From positions 689,330 to 753,329 of the forward strand of contig JAJEEG010000006.1 in assembly GCA_022821085.1 (NCBI GenBank): DNA of 64,000 bases, in the 5' to 3' direction. Positions 36,845 to 47,119 of the stretch are shown here, piece after piece. A model generated the notes under the pieces. That model did no database searches. It was not told where the DNA came from and saw only the letters and a program-made list of their open reading frames with translations. How positions within the stretch are numbered: the first letter of the stretch is position 1; each line of letters begins with the position of its first letter. Made by a program: the position numbers and the translations under genes. This DNA comes from Candidatus Latescibacterota bacterium (GTDB lineage: Bacteria > JAAXHH01).

Positions 36845-37363
36845 ATGATGCAAAGAAAACCGGAAGCCGGGCCGGAAGGAAATACGATCGAAAGGTTTGT
36901 CTATGCGATTGAACATCTGAATCGCCTGATGTTCAGCGGTCGCATTGCAGAACTCAAACGCCTGGACCTGAATGCGCACCAGATCAACACCCTGTTCCTG
37001 CTGGGATACTTCGGCCCGCTTAAGATGAGCGCTATCGCCGGCGAATTGGGCACTTCAATCGCGCACACGACGATCATCGTGAAGAACCTGGTTCGCAAGA
37101 AATACGTAAAGCGAGGCTCAAACCCGAAAGACCGCAGGCTGATTATCTGTGAATTGACTGATCGCGGCAGGGAAGCTACGGAGGTGTTCTTGAGTCACGC
37201 GCGACAGCGTGCGTTGCTGATCGCGGAGAAGTGGGATAAAGTGAGTCTGGAGTCCGTGGTGAATTCGCTGGAGTTGTTGTGGCAGACCGAAGACGAAGTA
37301 CTGAAATCAGCAGGGGCAAATTCGAAGCGGCAAACTCCGGGGCCAGGACTCGAACCTGGATAG
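36845..37363 (+). CDS. MarR-family transcriptional regulator (low-GC gene)
   Basis: 172 aa product. Winged HTH (LNAHQINTLFLLGYFGPLKMSAIAGELGTSIAHTTIIVKNLVRKKYVKRGSNPKDRRL). GC is about 52%, against about 67% for the flanks. The 3' end overlaps the tRNA-Gln on the opposite strand by about 29 nt. Confidence 0.75.
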   Translation: MMQRKPEAGPEGNTIERFVYAIEHLNRLMFSGRIAELKRLDLNAHQINTLFLLGYFGPLKMSAIAGELGTSIAHTTIIVKNLVRKKYVKRGSNPKDRRLIICELTDRGREATEVFLSHARQRALLIAEKWDKVSLESVVNSLELLWQTEDEVLKSAGANSKRQTPGPGLEPG

Positions 37364-37406
37364 CCAGAACCAAAATCTGGTGTCCTGCCAATTGAACGAC
37401 CCCGGA
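37335..37406 (-). tRNA. tRNA-Gln (anticodon UUG)
   Basis: Hand-folded cloverleaf. Acceptor UCCGGGG/CCCCGGA. D-arm GUUC-AAUUGGCA-GGAC. Anticodon stem CCAGA/UCUGG with loop UUUUGGU (anticodon UUG). 4-nt variable loop. T-arm CCAGG-UUCGAGU-CCUGG. Discriminator G73. No CCA encoded. Confidence 0.8.
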
Positions 37407-37410
37407 ATAC

Positions 37411-37776
37411 TCACGGTCCGGTCGGCGTTTCGGACCGGAAGACTTCCATCCGCGACGAGATTTCGCACGCCCCCGTCTGCGCGTTTCTTTCAGCCCGGTA
37501 CCGGAGAATGGTATCGGCGGCGACTTCCACCGAGTTGCGGTCGACACCCGAACAGGTAGGGGATTCCACCGACAGGATGTGCGTCCCGGAATTGACGGAC
37601 CGGAACTCCGTGTACGCGCCTACCGGCAGTTCCCTCGCGTCCCCCGCCAGGTCTACCCGAATGGCTTCGGTACTCTCCAGCGTGTTGTAAACGGTCAGCA
37701 CGAAGGTTTCTTCGCCCCCGCAGGCCGCATGCACCAATGCCGCGACAAACAAGGCAGCGACGCAACCGGCTCGCAT
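37411..37776 (-). CDS. Putative lipoprotein of unknown function
   Basis: Start taken at MRAGCVAALFVAALVHAACGG (lipobox-like AACGG). No recognisable domain. Confidence 0.4.
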   Translation of the reverse strand: MRAGCVAALFVAALVHAACGGEETFVLTVYNTLESTEAIRVDLAGDARELPVGAYTEFRSVNSGTHILSVESPTCSGVDRNSVEVAADTILRYRAERNAQTGACEISSRMEVFRSETPTGP

Positions 37777-38060
37777 TCGCGTTGACCCTGAGCCGTTGTA
37801 TCCATCCATAAGAATACCCGAAACCGTTGCCCCGACTACCGCGGTACCCGCGGCCCGGCTCAATCTACCCGGCCGGCCGCCGCGTGTCAATCGGAAGTTG
37901 GCCATCGGCCCTCGTCGGCCGATAGTCCGCGACAGCCGGCATCCCGCGTAGACCCGCGCACCAGGGCCGTGTTCTGCTTGACAGGCGGCTCAATCGATAT
38001 TAAATTGCTGAAACTCACACGATCCCCCCTCCAGATCAGGTACTACTGGGCGGTGTTTTC

Positions 38061-39734
38061 ATGCTGAAGACACGGCATATCACGGTCAAACTCCCGCTTG
38101 CCTTCACTTTGATCCTGGGCCTGTCCCTGCTCTTTCCGCCCGACGCGGTACTCGGCCAGTCTCAGGTGCGTTCGGAGCTCCAGGAGCGCCTGGATCCCCA
38201 GGGCAGCCCGACTCTGAAAGGCGGTACGGTCACCATCGGCAAGGTAGCCGTCGGTGATCTAACCTTCCACCCCCTGTTCAACAGCCTCGGCGTGGAACGG
38301 GAGATTGCCTCGCTGATTTATGGCGAAGGCCTGCTTCGCGTGGATGAATCGGGTACGCCGTCGGACGGGCTGGCCTATCTGCCCTTCAAGCTGTCGAACG
38401 GCCTCGACTGGGTGTTCCGGCTGAAACAGGGCATTGAATTCCACGACGGTGAGCCGTTGACGGCCGCAGACGTGATCTTTACGTACACACGGTACAAGTC
38501 CGCGCGGGTGTACGATCCCGTCTTCCACCGCTATTTCCAGAACATCGAGCAGATTACCGCCCTCGACCGGCAGACCGTCCGCATCATCATGAAGTCGCCG
38601 ATCGAAAACTTTCCCAACCGGCTTGCCACCCTGCCCATACTGCCCGGGCACCAGATGGGCCCCGGCCTCTTCGCCGATGCCGGCGCGCACCTTGAAACGA
38701 CCCGGCCCATAGGACTCGGGCCGTACCGGGTCGCGACATGGCCCGTCCACGATACGGTGGCGCTCGAAGCCAATGAAACCTGGCACCAGGGCCGCGCGAA
38801 CCTGGACCGCGTAGTCTACCGGTTCTATCCCACATCCGAATCCCTGCAGGCGGCTTTCATCATGCGGGAAGTGGATCTCATCGAGGTGGAACGCGACGGC
38901 ACGCTGAAGGACCTGAAGCGGGCGCGGTCCGATGCGAAGATCCAGGCGATCGTACCCGGTAGCCGCGCCTTCTCGGCGGTTTTCTACAATCACCGGCATC
39001 CGCTGCTTTCAGATTCGGCCATTCGGCGCGCGCTGACCTATGCCACGGACCGCCAGCGCATCCTGGATGAAGTACTCGTGCGCGGTGCCGGGGTGCTTGC
39101 CCAGGGTCCCCTGCACCCGGATTTCGAGTTTAAAGGCGGCGACATGGGATTCGATTACCGTCCGCGCGAGGCCCTTGAGCTGCTGCGCCTGCAAGGCTGG
39201 GGGGACGGCGACGGCGACGGGTTCCTCGACCGGGAGGGACGGCCCCTCCGGTTCGAGCTGCTGTTTCCCAGGGGACAGACCTCGGCCGAGAAGACGGTAC
39301 GGGTCGTCAAGCTGAACCTGAACCATATCGGCATCCAGGTCGTTCCCGTGCCCGTTACCCAGAAAGAACTGGTCCAACGGCTCGGGATCGGCAGCTACGA
39401 CGCGGCGTTGTTCGTGCAGGATTTCGAGCCCACGGCGGACGATCTCTACGCCGTCTTCCACTCGGAGAGCATCGGCCTCGGGAACATGCTCGGATACCGG
39501 AACCGCCAGGTCGACCGAAACATAAACTTCCTCTTCGGGCTGCCCGACCAGTTTCGGGCCGGACCCGTCTACCAGCAGCTCGAAATGCTCTTGATCCGGG
39601 ACCAGCCCTGCATGTTCCTCTACTTCGTGGATACCCGGTACATCGCGTACGATCCTACCTTGAATAACCTGGGCCGCCCAGGTGAAGCGCTCCGGTCGCC
39701 CGCGGCGTGGTTCCGGACCGTAAACGCCCCTTGA
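38061..39734 (+). CDS. ABC-transporter substrate-binding protein, family 5 (peptide/nickel/opine type)
   Basis: 557 aa product. Signal peptide and an SBP_bac_5 fold signature. No permease/ATPase genes are adjacent. Confidence 0.8.
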   Translation: MLKTRHITVKLPLAFTLILGLSLLFPPDAVLGQSQVRSELQERLDPQGSPTLKGGTVTIGKVAVGDLTFHPLFNSLGVEREIASLIYGEGLLRVDESGTPSDGLAYLPFKLSNGLDWVFRLKQGIEFHDGEPLTAADVIFTYTRYKSARVYDPVFHRYFQNIEQITALDRQTVRIIMKSPIENFPNRLATLPILPGHQMGPGLFADAGAHLETTRPIGLGPYRVATWPVHDTVALEANETWHQGRANLDRVVYRFYPTSESLQAAFIMREVDLIEVERDGTLKDLKRARSDAKIQAIVPGSRAFSAVFYNHRHPLLSDSAIRRALTYATDRQRILDEVLVRGAGVLAQGPLHPDFEFKGGDMGFDYRPREALELLRLQGWGDGDGDGFLDREGRPLRFELLFPRGQTSAEKTVRVVKLNLNHIGIQVVPVPVTQKELVQRLGIGSYDAALFVQDFEPTADDLYAVFHSESIGLGNMLGYRNRQVDRNINFLFGLPDQFRAGPVYQQLEMLLIRDQPCMFLYFVDTRYIAYDPTLNNLGRPGEALRSPAAWFRTVNAP

Positions 39735-41632
39735 CGGCGCGCAAAACCATGTTTCCCATAAACTTACGAGAAGGATTGTGGCCGCGGCTGCTCGTGTCCC
39801 ATATCGCGCTGGCTACCATTCCGGTGCTGATTGTCGGACTGCTTCTGCTCGCGACGGCCCGCCGTTCGATCGAGGACACGGTGGCCGACGGCAACCTCGA
39901 GGTCGCGCGCCGGGCGAGCAACGAGATCCGTCTGTATATCGAACAGGCGCAGCGCGTGATCGACCTCGCCGCGGACAACATGGACATGATCGACGCGACG
40001 GACGCGGTGTACCAGCAACTGATCGACAACCTGGTCATCCGGCAGGACTTCCTCAGCGAACTTGCCGTGCTTGACCTGTCGGGAAGCGAAAAGCTGACCA
40101 CGCGGCTCGAAGGACCGTTGCGGGCGCGGCCGGACCTGGCGCTTCCTCCGGAGGACGGCACCACGATCTCCCCGGTGTTCATCGCGGGCGACGGCCTGCC
40201 CGCGGTGACGATCACCGTGCCCGTGCGGCGTCTCGACGAGCACACGGGGTATCTCGCGGCTCGGGTGAGCCTGAAGGACATGTGGGACCTGGTGGACAAC
40301 ATTCAACTGGGGGAGGGACAACGGGAAGGTTTCGGCAATGCCTACGTCGCGACCGGGAACGGCCGCCTGATTGCCCATCCGGAACGGGAAAGGGTGTACC
40401 GCCAGGACGATTTGTCCGGCTCTCCCGTCGGCACGGCGCTGGGTGAACATCAGAGCGGCACGCTGGTCTACACCGGGGTGTCGGGTGAGATGGTCGCCGC
40501 CTTCGCGACCGTCGCGCCGATCGGGTGGAAGGTCGTCATCGAACAACCGGCGGACCGGGCCTTTGCCAGGTCGCGGGACATGATCCTGGGCATCAGCGTA
40601 CTCATGGTGATCAGCGCGGCGGTCGCCTCGCTGATCGGAATCCTCGTCGTCCGCAAAATCGTCCGCCCGATCTACGAGCTGGTACGCGGCGCGCAGTTGT
40701 TCGCCCGGGGCCGGCTGACCCATACCATAGAAACGCCGGGCCACGGCGAACTGACGACCCTGGCCCGGGAGTTCAACCAGATGGCCCGCGAGCTGCTGGA
40801 GAAGGAACGCCGCCTGAAACAGGCCGAGCGGCTGGCGACGCTGAGCAAGTTCGCCACCATACTCTCCCACGAGATCCGGAATCCGCTTAATTCCATGATC
40901 ATCAACCTCAGGATTCTGAAGCGGGACATGGAGAAGCAGAACGGCGACCGGGGTAACCGGGGCGGGCACTATGAGAAGGTGATTTCTGAAATCTGGCGTA
41001 TCGACAGCCTGGTCGAGAACTTCCTGAATTACGCCCGGCCGCCCGAACTGGTGCCTTACCCCCACGACATCAACGAGGTGCTCGACGAGGTCGTCGAGAC
41101 CCACCGGGGCACGGCACAGGAACGGGGCGTCCGCATCGAAACCCGGTACCAGGACGGCGAATTGCCGGTATCGGTCGATGTGAACCAGATCAAGCAGGTG
41201 TTTCTGAATATCATGCTGAATGCTTTCGATGCCATGGAGACCGGGGGTACGCTTACGATATCCACGGAACGGGCGCCGCCGCGCAACCGCGGTGACCTGA
41301 CCCTGGAAGGCTTCGGCGAAAGTCCCCAGGTCAACATTAAATTCGAAGATACGGGAAGGGGTATTGATCCCGGCCGGCTGGATCGTATATTCGAGGTGTA
41401 CTACACGTCCAAGTCGACCGGTACGGGCCTGGGCCTGCCCATCGCCCAGCAGATCGTGGAGAAACACGGGGGCGTGATATCGGTCGAAAGCACGCCCGGC
41501 AAGGGCACGGCCTTCACGCTGGCCCTGCCGGCGCTGGAAGCGGAAACGGCCGAGCCTTCCGCCGGACAAGAGGGAACAGGGGTCATCCATGGAACGCATC
41601 CTGATCGCGGAAGACGACCGGAACACCCGTGA
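39707..41632 (+). CDS. Sensor histidine kinase (periplasmic sensor domain, HAMP, HisKA, HATPase_c)
   Basis: Two TM helices flank a roughly 250 aa periplasmic domain. HAMP is present. H-box LSHEIRNPLNSM. G-box GTGLGLPIAQ. Overlaps the SBP gene end and the regulator gene start. Confidence 0.85.
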   Translation: MVPDRKRPLTARKTMFPINLREGLWPRLLVSHIALATIPVLIVGLLLLATARRSIEDTVADGNLEVARRASNEIRLYIEQAQRVIDLAADNMDMIDATDAVYQQLIDNLVIRQDFLSELAVLDLSGSEKLTTRLEGPLRARPDLALPPEDGTTISPVFIAGDGLPAVTITVPVRRLDEHTGYLAARVSLKDMWDLVDNIQLGEGQREGFGNAYVATGNGRLIAHPERERVYRQDDLSGSPVGTALGEHQSGTLVYTGVSGEMVAAFATVAPIGWKVVIEQPADRAFARSRDMILGISVLMVISAAVASLIGILVVRKIVRPIYELVRGAQLFARGRLTHTIETPGHGELTTLAREFNQMARELLEKERRLKQAERLATLSKFATILSHEIRNPLNSMIINLRILKRDMEKQNGDRGNRGGHYEKVISEIWRIDSLVENFLNYARPPELVPYPHDINEVLDEVVETHRGTAQERGVRIETRYQDGELPVSVDVNQIKQVFLNIMLNAFDAMETGGTLTISTERAPPRNRGDLTLEGFGESPQVNIKFEDTGRGIDPGRLDRIFEVYYTSKSTGTGLGLPIAQQIVEKHGGVISVESTPGKGTAFTLALPALEAETAEPSAGQEGTGVIHGTHPDRGRRPEHP

Positions 41633-42938
41633 GGGGCTGGTCGAGCTGCTGTCGGGCGAAGGGTACGAAGTCACGGGGGTGTCGGACGGGGAGCAGGCCT
41701 ATGAATCGGCCCGGAACGGCCAATTCGACGTCCTGCTCACGGATATGAAAATGCCCCGGGTCAACGGCCTGAATCTGATCAAGCGCATGACCGGCACTAC
41801 GCCGGAAACGAGTATCATCATGATGACGGCCTTCGCCACCGTGGAGACGGCCGTCAAGGCCATGCGCGACGGCGCCTATACCTATCTGACCAAGCCGGTG
41901 AAGTTCGAGGAACTGCTCGCCACCATAGAAGGCGCGCTGCAGGAGAAGAAAAACCGGCGGCGTACGGATATATCACCCAAACCGTCTTCCATCCCCGACC
42001 CGGACATCATCGGCGAAAGCGCCCGGATCAGGGACATCTTCGATCGGGCGGATAAGGTCGCCAGAGCCAATACCACGGTCCTGCTGCTCGGTGAAAGCGG
42101 AACGGGCAAGAGCCTGATCGCCCGGGCGATACACGCCAGAAGCTACCGGAGGGAACATCCTTTCGTGGATGTAAGTTGCGCTTCCATTCCCGAAAGCCTG
42201 CTGGAAAGCGAACTCTTCGGGACCGAGAAGGGAGCCTATACCGGCGCGCTGAGCACGACGCGCAAGGGGTATTTCGAGCGGGCGGCCGGCGGGACGATCT
42301 TCCTGGACGAAATCGGCGAGATCAGCGGGGCCGTCCAGGTCAAGCTGCTGCGCGTGCTGCAGGAACGCCGGTTCGAACGGCTCGGCGGCACGGAACCGCT
42401 TCATATCGACGTCCGGGTGATCGCGGCCACCAACCGCAACCTGGAGGACGCGGTCGCCGAGGGGCGCTACCGGCAGGACTTATACTACCGGTTGAACGTC
42501 CTGCCCATCGTGGTGCCGCCTCTTCGCGAGCACCGGGAAGACATCCCGCCGCTTATCGACTACTTCATCCGGAAGTACACACGGGAGAACGGGCTCGGCG
42601 AGAAGTTCCTCTCCGAGGAAGCCCTGGAGATCTGCACGAGATACGACTGGCCCGGGAACATCCGGGAAGTGGAGAACGCCATCGAGAGTGCCGTCGTATT
42701 GAGCGACGGAGAACGCATCCTGCCGGAGCATCTGCCCGGCTTTCCCAACGCGTCCGCGATCGAAGCGGCCACGGTCCCCGTCCAGGGGTCGCTCAAGGAC
42801 TCCAGGGGACAGGCCGAGAAACGCCTCATCCAGCAGGCGCTGCTGGAATCCGGCGGAAACCGGACGCGCGCGGCGGAGGCCCTCGGCGTCACGGTCAGGA
42901 CCATCCAGTACAAGATCAAGAAATACGGTCTTCAGTGA
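41589..42938 (+). CDS. Sigma-54-dependent response regulator (NtrC family: REC, AAA+, Fis-type HTH)
   Basis: 449 aa product. REC ([10 protein letters not shown]). Walker [15 protein letters not shown]-like motif [16 protein letters not shown]-terminal HTH ([25 protein letters not shown]). Confidence 0.9.
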   Translation: MERILIAEDDRNTREGLVELLSGEGYEVTGVSDGEQAYESARNGQFDVLLTDMKMPRVNGLNLIKRMTGTTPETSIIMMTAFATVETAVKAMRDGAYTYLTKPVKFEELLATIEGALQEKKNRRRTDISPKPSSIPDPDIIGESARIRDIFDRADKVARANTTVLLLGESGTGKSLIARAIHARSYRREHPFVDVSCASIPESLLESELFGTEKGAYTGALSTTRKGYFERAAGGTIFLDEIGEISGAVQVKLLRVLQERRFERLGGTEPLHIDVRVIAATNRNLEDAVAEGRYRQDLYYRLNVLPIVVPPLREHREDIPPLIDYFIRKYTRENGLGEKFLSEEALEICTRYDWPGNIREVENAIESAVVLSDGERILPEHLPGFPNASAIEAATVPVQGSLKDSRGQAEKRLIQQALLESGGNRTRAAEALGVTVRTIQYKIKKYGLQ

Positions 42939-42959
42939 CGAGTTTCCGGATGGTACCGC

Positions 42960-43841
42960 ATGGAAACGAAAAACCTGCCCGTCTCCGTGGTGATTCCCAC
43001 CTACAACCGGGAAGACAGGCTGCCGTCGGCGATCCGGTCCGTACTGGAACAAACGGCGCCGCCGGCCGAAGTCATCGTGGTCGACGACGGTTCGACGGAC
43101 GGTACGCCCGCCCTCGTCCGCGATTTTCCGGAAGTGCGGTACCTGCGCCAGGAAAACCAGGGCGTGAGCGCGGCCAGGAATCACGGCATCAGCGCAGCGA
43201 AGCACGACTGGATCGCCTTGCTCGATTCCGACGACGAATGGCTTCCCCGCAAGGTGGAAAGACAGTGGCGCGCGCTGGAACGGGATCCGCGGTTCAGGTT
43301 CTGCCATACTGATGAGATCTGGATCCGCAAGGGCCGGCGGGTCAACCCCATGAAAAAACACGCCAAGCATGGCGGTCACATCTTCCGTCATTGTCTGCTC
43401 CTGTGCGTCATTTCCCCTTCTTCCGCGCTGATACATCGCGATCTGTTCGAACGTTTCGGCATGTTCGACCCGGAACTGCCGGTCTGCGAAGACTACGATC
43501 TGTGGCTGCGGATCTGCGCGCGGGAACCCGTGCTCTACGTGGACGAACCCCTGCTGCTGAAGTTCGGCGGCCACGAGGACCAGTTGTCGCACGCGTACTG
43601 GGGCATGGACCGTTTCCGCATCCACGCGCTGGAGAAGCTGATTCAAAGCGGTGCTTTGGAAGGCGAGGACCTGACGGCCGCCCTGGAAACCCTGTACGGC
43701 AAAATCGACATATTCGCCGCCGGCGCGGAGAAGCGGCGCAGGTTCGAGGAAGCTGATCGCTACCGGGACAAGAAACGGCGTTTCGCCGCCTGCTACGCCG
43801 GGACAGCTGCCGGGACGGCAGCCGGGTCTGCGGGTGGCTGA
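42960..43841 (+). CDS. Family 2 glycosyltransferase
   Basis: 293 aa product. Carries VVIPTYNRED, DDGSTDGT and a DxD motif (LLDSDDE). Confidence 0.8.
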   Translation: METKNLPVSVVIPTYNREDRLPSAIRSVLEQTAPPAEVIVVDDGSTDGTPALVRDFPEVRYLRQENQGVSAARNHGISAAKHDWIALLDSDDEWLPRKVERQWRALERDPRFRFCHTDEIWIRKGRRVNPMKKHAKHGGHIFRHCLLLCVISPSSALIHRDLFERFGMFDPELPVCEDYDLWLRICAREPVLYVDEPLLLKFGGHEDQLSHAYWGMDRFRIHALEKLIQSGALEGEDLTAALETLYGKIDIFAAGAEKRRRFEEADRYRDKKRRFAACYAGTAAGTAAGSAGG

Positions 43842-44001
43842 GCCTATGCAAAACCTTTCACATCGTTCCGAAGGGGATTTCCGGTTTGCGCCCGCGTCCC
43901 GTGCAGAATGACTGCATTCTGGGGGATTTGATCCCGGAATTCCACGTTTTTGAGCGTTTCCGACAGAAAATGAATGCGGTTAACGCCTGTCGGGCGTCTG
44001 T

Positions 44002-44017
44002 CGGCATGTTATTTGCA
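44002..44017 (+). promoter_or_regulatory. Candidate sigma-54 (-24/-12) promoter CGGCATgttatTTGCA upstream of the TonB-dependent receptor
   Basis: GG-N10-GC spacing is correct and it is a close match to TGGCAC-N5-TTGCA. It lies about 50 nt upstream of ATG 44068. An NtrC-family activator gene is immediately upstream. A 7-bp inverted repeat CAGAATG-N4-CATTCTG sits about 95 nt further upstream (43901-43918). Confidence 0.4.
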
Positions 44018-44067
44018 GCTTGCTGGTAACGGATGATTGTATCGACCTTGAGAGGATCTGGAGGCCT

Positions 44068-46689
44068 ATGAAGCGCATCGCTTTGCTGATCATTCTTTTC
44101 TGCGGATTCGCCCCGGGTTCCGCCGTGGCCGCCACCTCCGGCAAGGTCACGGGGTTTGTGCGGGACGCGGCAACCGGTGATCCGCTGGCCGGCGTCACGA
44201 TTCACGTGAAGGGCACCGAATCACGGGCCATTTCCGGATTGAACGGGGAGTATTTCATCCTCAACGTCCCCGTAGGCGCGTACCGGCTGGAAGTGCAGAT
44301 GATCGGCTACCTGCCCGTCCGCACCCAGGTGCTGACCGTCAACAGCGACCGCACCACGCGGATCGATTTCGAGCTGGAAACGACAATGCTCGACCTGGCC
44401 GAGCCCGTTACCATCACCGCGCGGAGGACGTCCGCCCGGTCGGACCTGACCGCTTCGAGTGAATTGATCGTCCCCCGGGAAATCGAGTCCTTGCCCGTAA
44501 CGGACCTGTCGGACCTGATCTTTCTCCAGAACGGGGTGGTCCGCGACGCCGAGGGGGGCCTGCACGTACGGGGCGGCCGGGCGAACGAGATCTCCTACTA
44601 CGTGGACGGCGCCACCCTGGAGGATCCCCTGCTGGGCGGCATGGGTACGCATATACCCCTGGATTCGGTCGAGGAACTGGTGGTCAACCGGGGCGGTTTC
44701 AATGCGCAGTACGGGGAGACCATGTCGGGTGTCGTCAATATCGTGACCCGCGAGGGAAGCGGCCCCCTTTCGGGCACCTTCAGGGTCGCGACGACGCTGC
44801 AGTCCCAGTACGACCTGGAGGCGGGAAGTTACGACGAAACCGCGGCGGGAAGGGGAGGGCGCCTGGAGGGGACGCTCGGTGGCGCGCTGCCCTGGTTCGG
44901 GGACCGCGGCGGCTATTTCCTTTCAGGCCAGATCCTGAGCGACGGGCACCATATCCCCCACAACAGCCGTTCGCTGGCCACGGTGGCGGGAAACCTGGTG
45001 TTCAAGCCCTATCCCCTCATGAAGCTGAAGATCAGCGGTCACTACTTCCGCCAGCGCCATCTTCAGTATGACCATCGCAATCAGAACGGGCTTTCCTACG
45101 ATTTCAATCCGGACGGACTGCCGGAACGGCAGGCCGGCAGCCAGGCGCTCAACCTGTCCGTCAGCCAGAACGTCAGTCCGCGGCTCTTCTATACCGCACG
45201 ATTCTACAGGTATGCCACCAACAGCATCCTGTTTCCCACCATGCTGGCGGACAGATACTGGTCGGAGTGGCCGGGCTATTCGGAAGACGGTACCGGTCAA
45301 TACAACGGATCGATCTACGAGTCCACCCAGTTGCCGTCCGATCGGTACGAGGGACTGCCGTTCACGGAAGGCAGCGACTTCTTTCCGCTGTACCGGGACG
45401 CCCGGGCTACCTATTACGGCGCCAGGGCGGACCTGAGCGGTCAGGTCACCTACTGGAACCAGGTCCGGGCGGGCGTCGAAGCGCAGTGGTACCGGCTGGA
45501 CTGGAACGAGCGGTCGTTCCTGCAGGCTGTACCGCAGGGCCAGCGATACATCGTCAATCCCGTGGAAGGCGCCCTTTACTTTCAGAACAGGCTGGAGTTG
45601 AACCGGTTGATCGTGGACGCCGGGCTCCGGATGGATTACCTGGACACGAGCCAGCGGTTTTTCATCGATCTTCCGTCGGGCCAGGCCGCGCAAAGAGACA
45701 ACTCGACCAAGTTACGGCTGAGTCCGCGTCTGGGCGTTTCCCACTCCTTTACGCCGCGAAGCCTGCTCAGGTTCAATTACGGCTACTTCTACCAGCCGCC
45801 GGAGTTCCGGCATGCCTATACGAACCTGCGGCGCGACTTCAGCGGCGAATCCCCGCGCCTGGGGAATCCCGACCTTGCCCCCCAGAAAACCGTGGCCTAT
45901 GAGTTCGGCCTCGAGCATATGCTGTCCGGGGACGTCCGCGTCGGGTTCACGGCATCCTACAAGACCATCTCCAATCTGACGTCGACGGCGCAGGTCCAGT
46001 ATCCCGGCGGGATGTACTACATCTTCAACAATGCGGATTTCGGTTCCGTTCGCAGCGTGGAACTGATCGTGAAACGGGACGTGACGCGCCTGGTATCCGG
46101 CTCCTTCAACTACACCTATTCCATCGCCCGCGGAAGCGCGTCCACGCCCCAGGAGCACGCGGAGCAGGCCAGGCCGACCGGCTCCGCCGATCCCGCGGAA
46201 AGAGGCTATTTCCCGCTTGCCTTCGACCAGCGGCATACCCTGAAAGCCGTGGTGAACGTGCTCGCGCCCGAAACCGTGCAGCGGCGCCTACTGGGCGTAC
46301 CGCTGCGGGGATGGGGGATGTCCCTGGTCGGGTATTTCGGCAGCGGCCTGCCCTACACGCCGACCAACGCCCTGCGTGAACAGACGGAATTCGAGCGGAA
46401 CCAGGCGCGGCTGCCGGCCTTCGCAAACCTCGACCTGCGCCTCAGGAAGCGCTTCAGGGCCGGCCGGTTCGCCTACACGTTGTTCTCGGAAGTCCGGAAC
46501 TTGTTCGACCGCCGGAACGTCGTCAGCGTCTACGCCAACACGGGCCGTCCGGGGGACGATGGATATACCCTGGAGTCGTATACGGGCCGGTCGGAGGAGT
46601 TTGTCCGGCTGCGGCGCCTGTTGAGCCTGGATCCCCAGCAGTACGCTCCGCCCCGGGAAATCCGGTTCGGTTTCGAAATCGGCTTCTGA
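44068..46689 (+). CDS. TonB-dependent outer-membrane receptor with an N-terminal carboxypeptidase-regulatory-like domain
   Basis: Signal peptide MKRIALLIILFCGFAPGSAVAA. CarbopepD_reg-like (GKVTGFVRDAATGDPLAGVTIHVKG). Plug and 22-strand barrel, with a C-terminal F (…EIRFGFEIGF). Confidence 0.85.
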   Translation: MKRIALLIILFCGFAPGSAVAATSGKVTGFVRDAATGDPLAGVTIHVKGTESRAISGLNGEYFILNVPVGAYRLEVQMIGYLPVRTQVLTVNSDRTTRIDFELETTMLDLAEPVTITARRTSARSDLTASSELIVPREIESLPVTDLSDLIFLQNGVVRDAEGGLHVRGGRANEISYYVDGATLEDPLLGGMGTHIPLDSVEELVVNRGGFNAQYGETMSGVVNIVTREGSGPLSGTFRVATTLQSQYDLEAGSYDETAAGRGGRLEGTLGGALPWFGDRGGYFLSGQILSDGHHIPHNSRSLATVAGNLVFKPYPLMKLKISGHYFRQRHLQYDHRNQNGLSYDFNPDGLPERQAGSQALNLSVSQNVSPRLFYTARFYRYATNSILFPTMLADRYWSEWPGYSEDGTGQYNGSIYESTQLPSDRYEGLPFTEGSDFFPLYRDARATYYGARADLSGQVTYWNQVRAGVEAQWYRLDWNERSFLQAVPQGQRYIVNPVEGALYFQNRLELNRLIVDAGLRMDYLDTSQRFFIDLPSGQAAQRDNSTKLRLSPRLGVSHSFTPRSLLRFNYGYFYQPPEFRHAYTNLRRDFSGESPRLGNPDLAPQKTVAYEFGLEHMLSGDVRVGFTASYKTISNLTSTAQVQYPGGMYYIFNNADFGSVRSVELIVKRDVTRLVSGSFNYTYSIARGSASTPQEHAEQARPTGSADPAERGYFPLAFDQRHTLKAVVNVLAPETVQRRLLGVPLRGWGMSLVGYFGSGLPYTPTNALREQTEFERNQARLPAFANLDLRLRKRFRAGRFAYTLFSEVRNLFDRRNVVSVYANTGRPGDDGYTLESYTGRSEEFVRLRRLLSLDPQQYAPPREIRFGFEIGF

Positions 46690-46699
46690 AGTCTCGGCC

Positions 46700-47101
46700 C
46701 TAGAGCGGTTTCGCCCGTTGTACCAGTTGCAGCGGCGCGCCTTCCGGATCGCGGAAGAAGAGCAGGATGTTCTCCCCGGCCCGGACCGGCGGACCTTCCA
46801 GCTTTACCCCCTTCGATTCCAGCACGGCAATCGCTTCGTCCATGTCATCCACGTTGAAGGCGATATGCACGTGGGCGGTCCGGATGTCGGCGAGTTGCGT
46901 GTCGTCTCCTTCGGGCATGGAGATGATCTCGATGAAACAGGTGCCCGCGGGATCCCGTATAAAGTAGTAATTCGCGTCGCTTCCCGGGGTGTTGAACTTG
47001 AGTGCGATTTCGAAGCCCAGCACTTCGCAGTACCATTTCGCCGCGGCGTCCGTGTCCCGGTAGGCCACGGCTACATGCTCCAGTGAGTGTATCTTTACCA
47101 A
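46700..47101 (-). CDS. VOC (glyoxalase/bleomycin-resistance/dioxygenase) family protein
   Basis: 133 aa product. Begins HVAVAYRDTDAAAKWYCEVLGF... and carries HIAFNVDDMDEA. Confidence 0.7.
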   Translation of the reverse strand: MVKIHSLEHVAVAYRDTDAAAKWYCEVLGFEIALKFNTPGSDANYYFIRDPAGTCFIEIISMPEGDDTQLADIRTAHVHIAFNVDDMDEAIAVLESKGVKLEGPPVRAGENILLFFRDPEGAPLQLVQRAKPL

Positions 47102-47119
47102 GGAAATGCTCCTTCCTGT

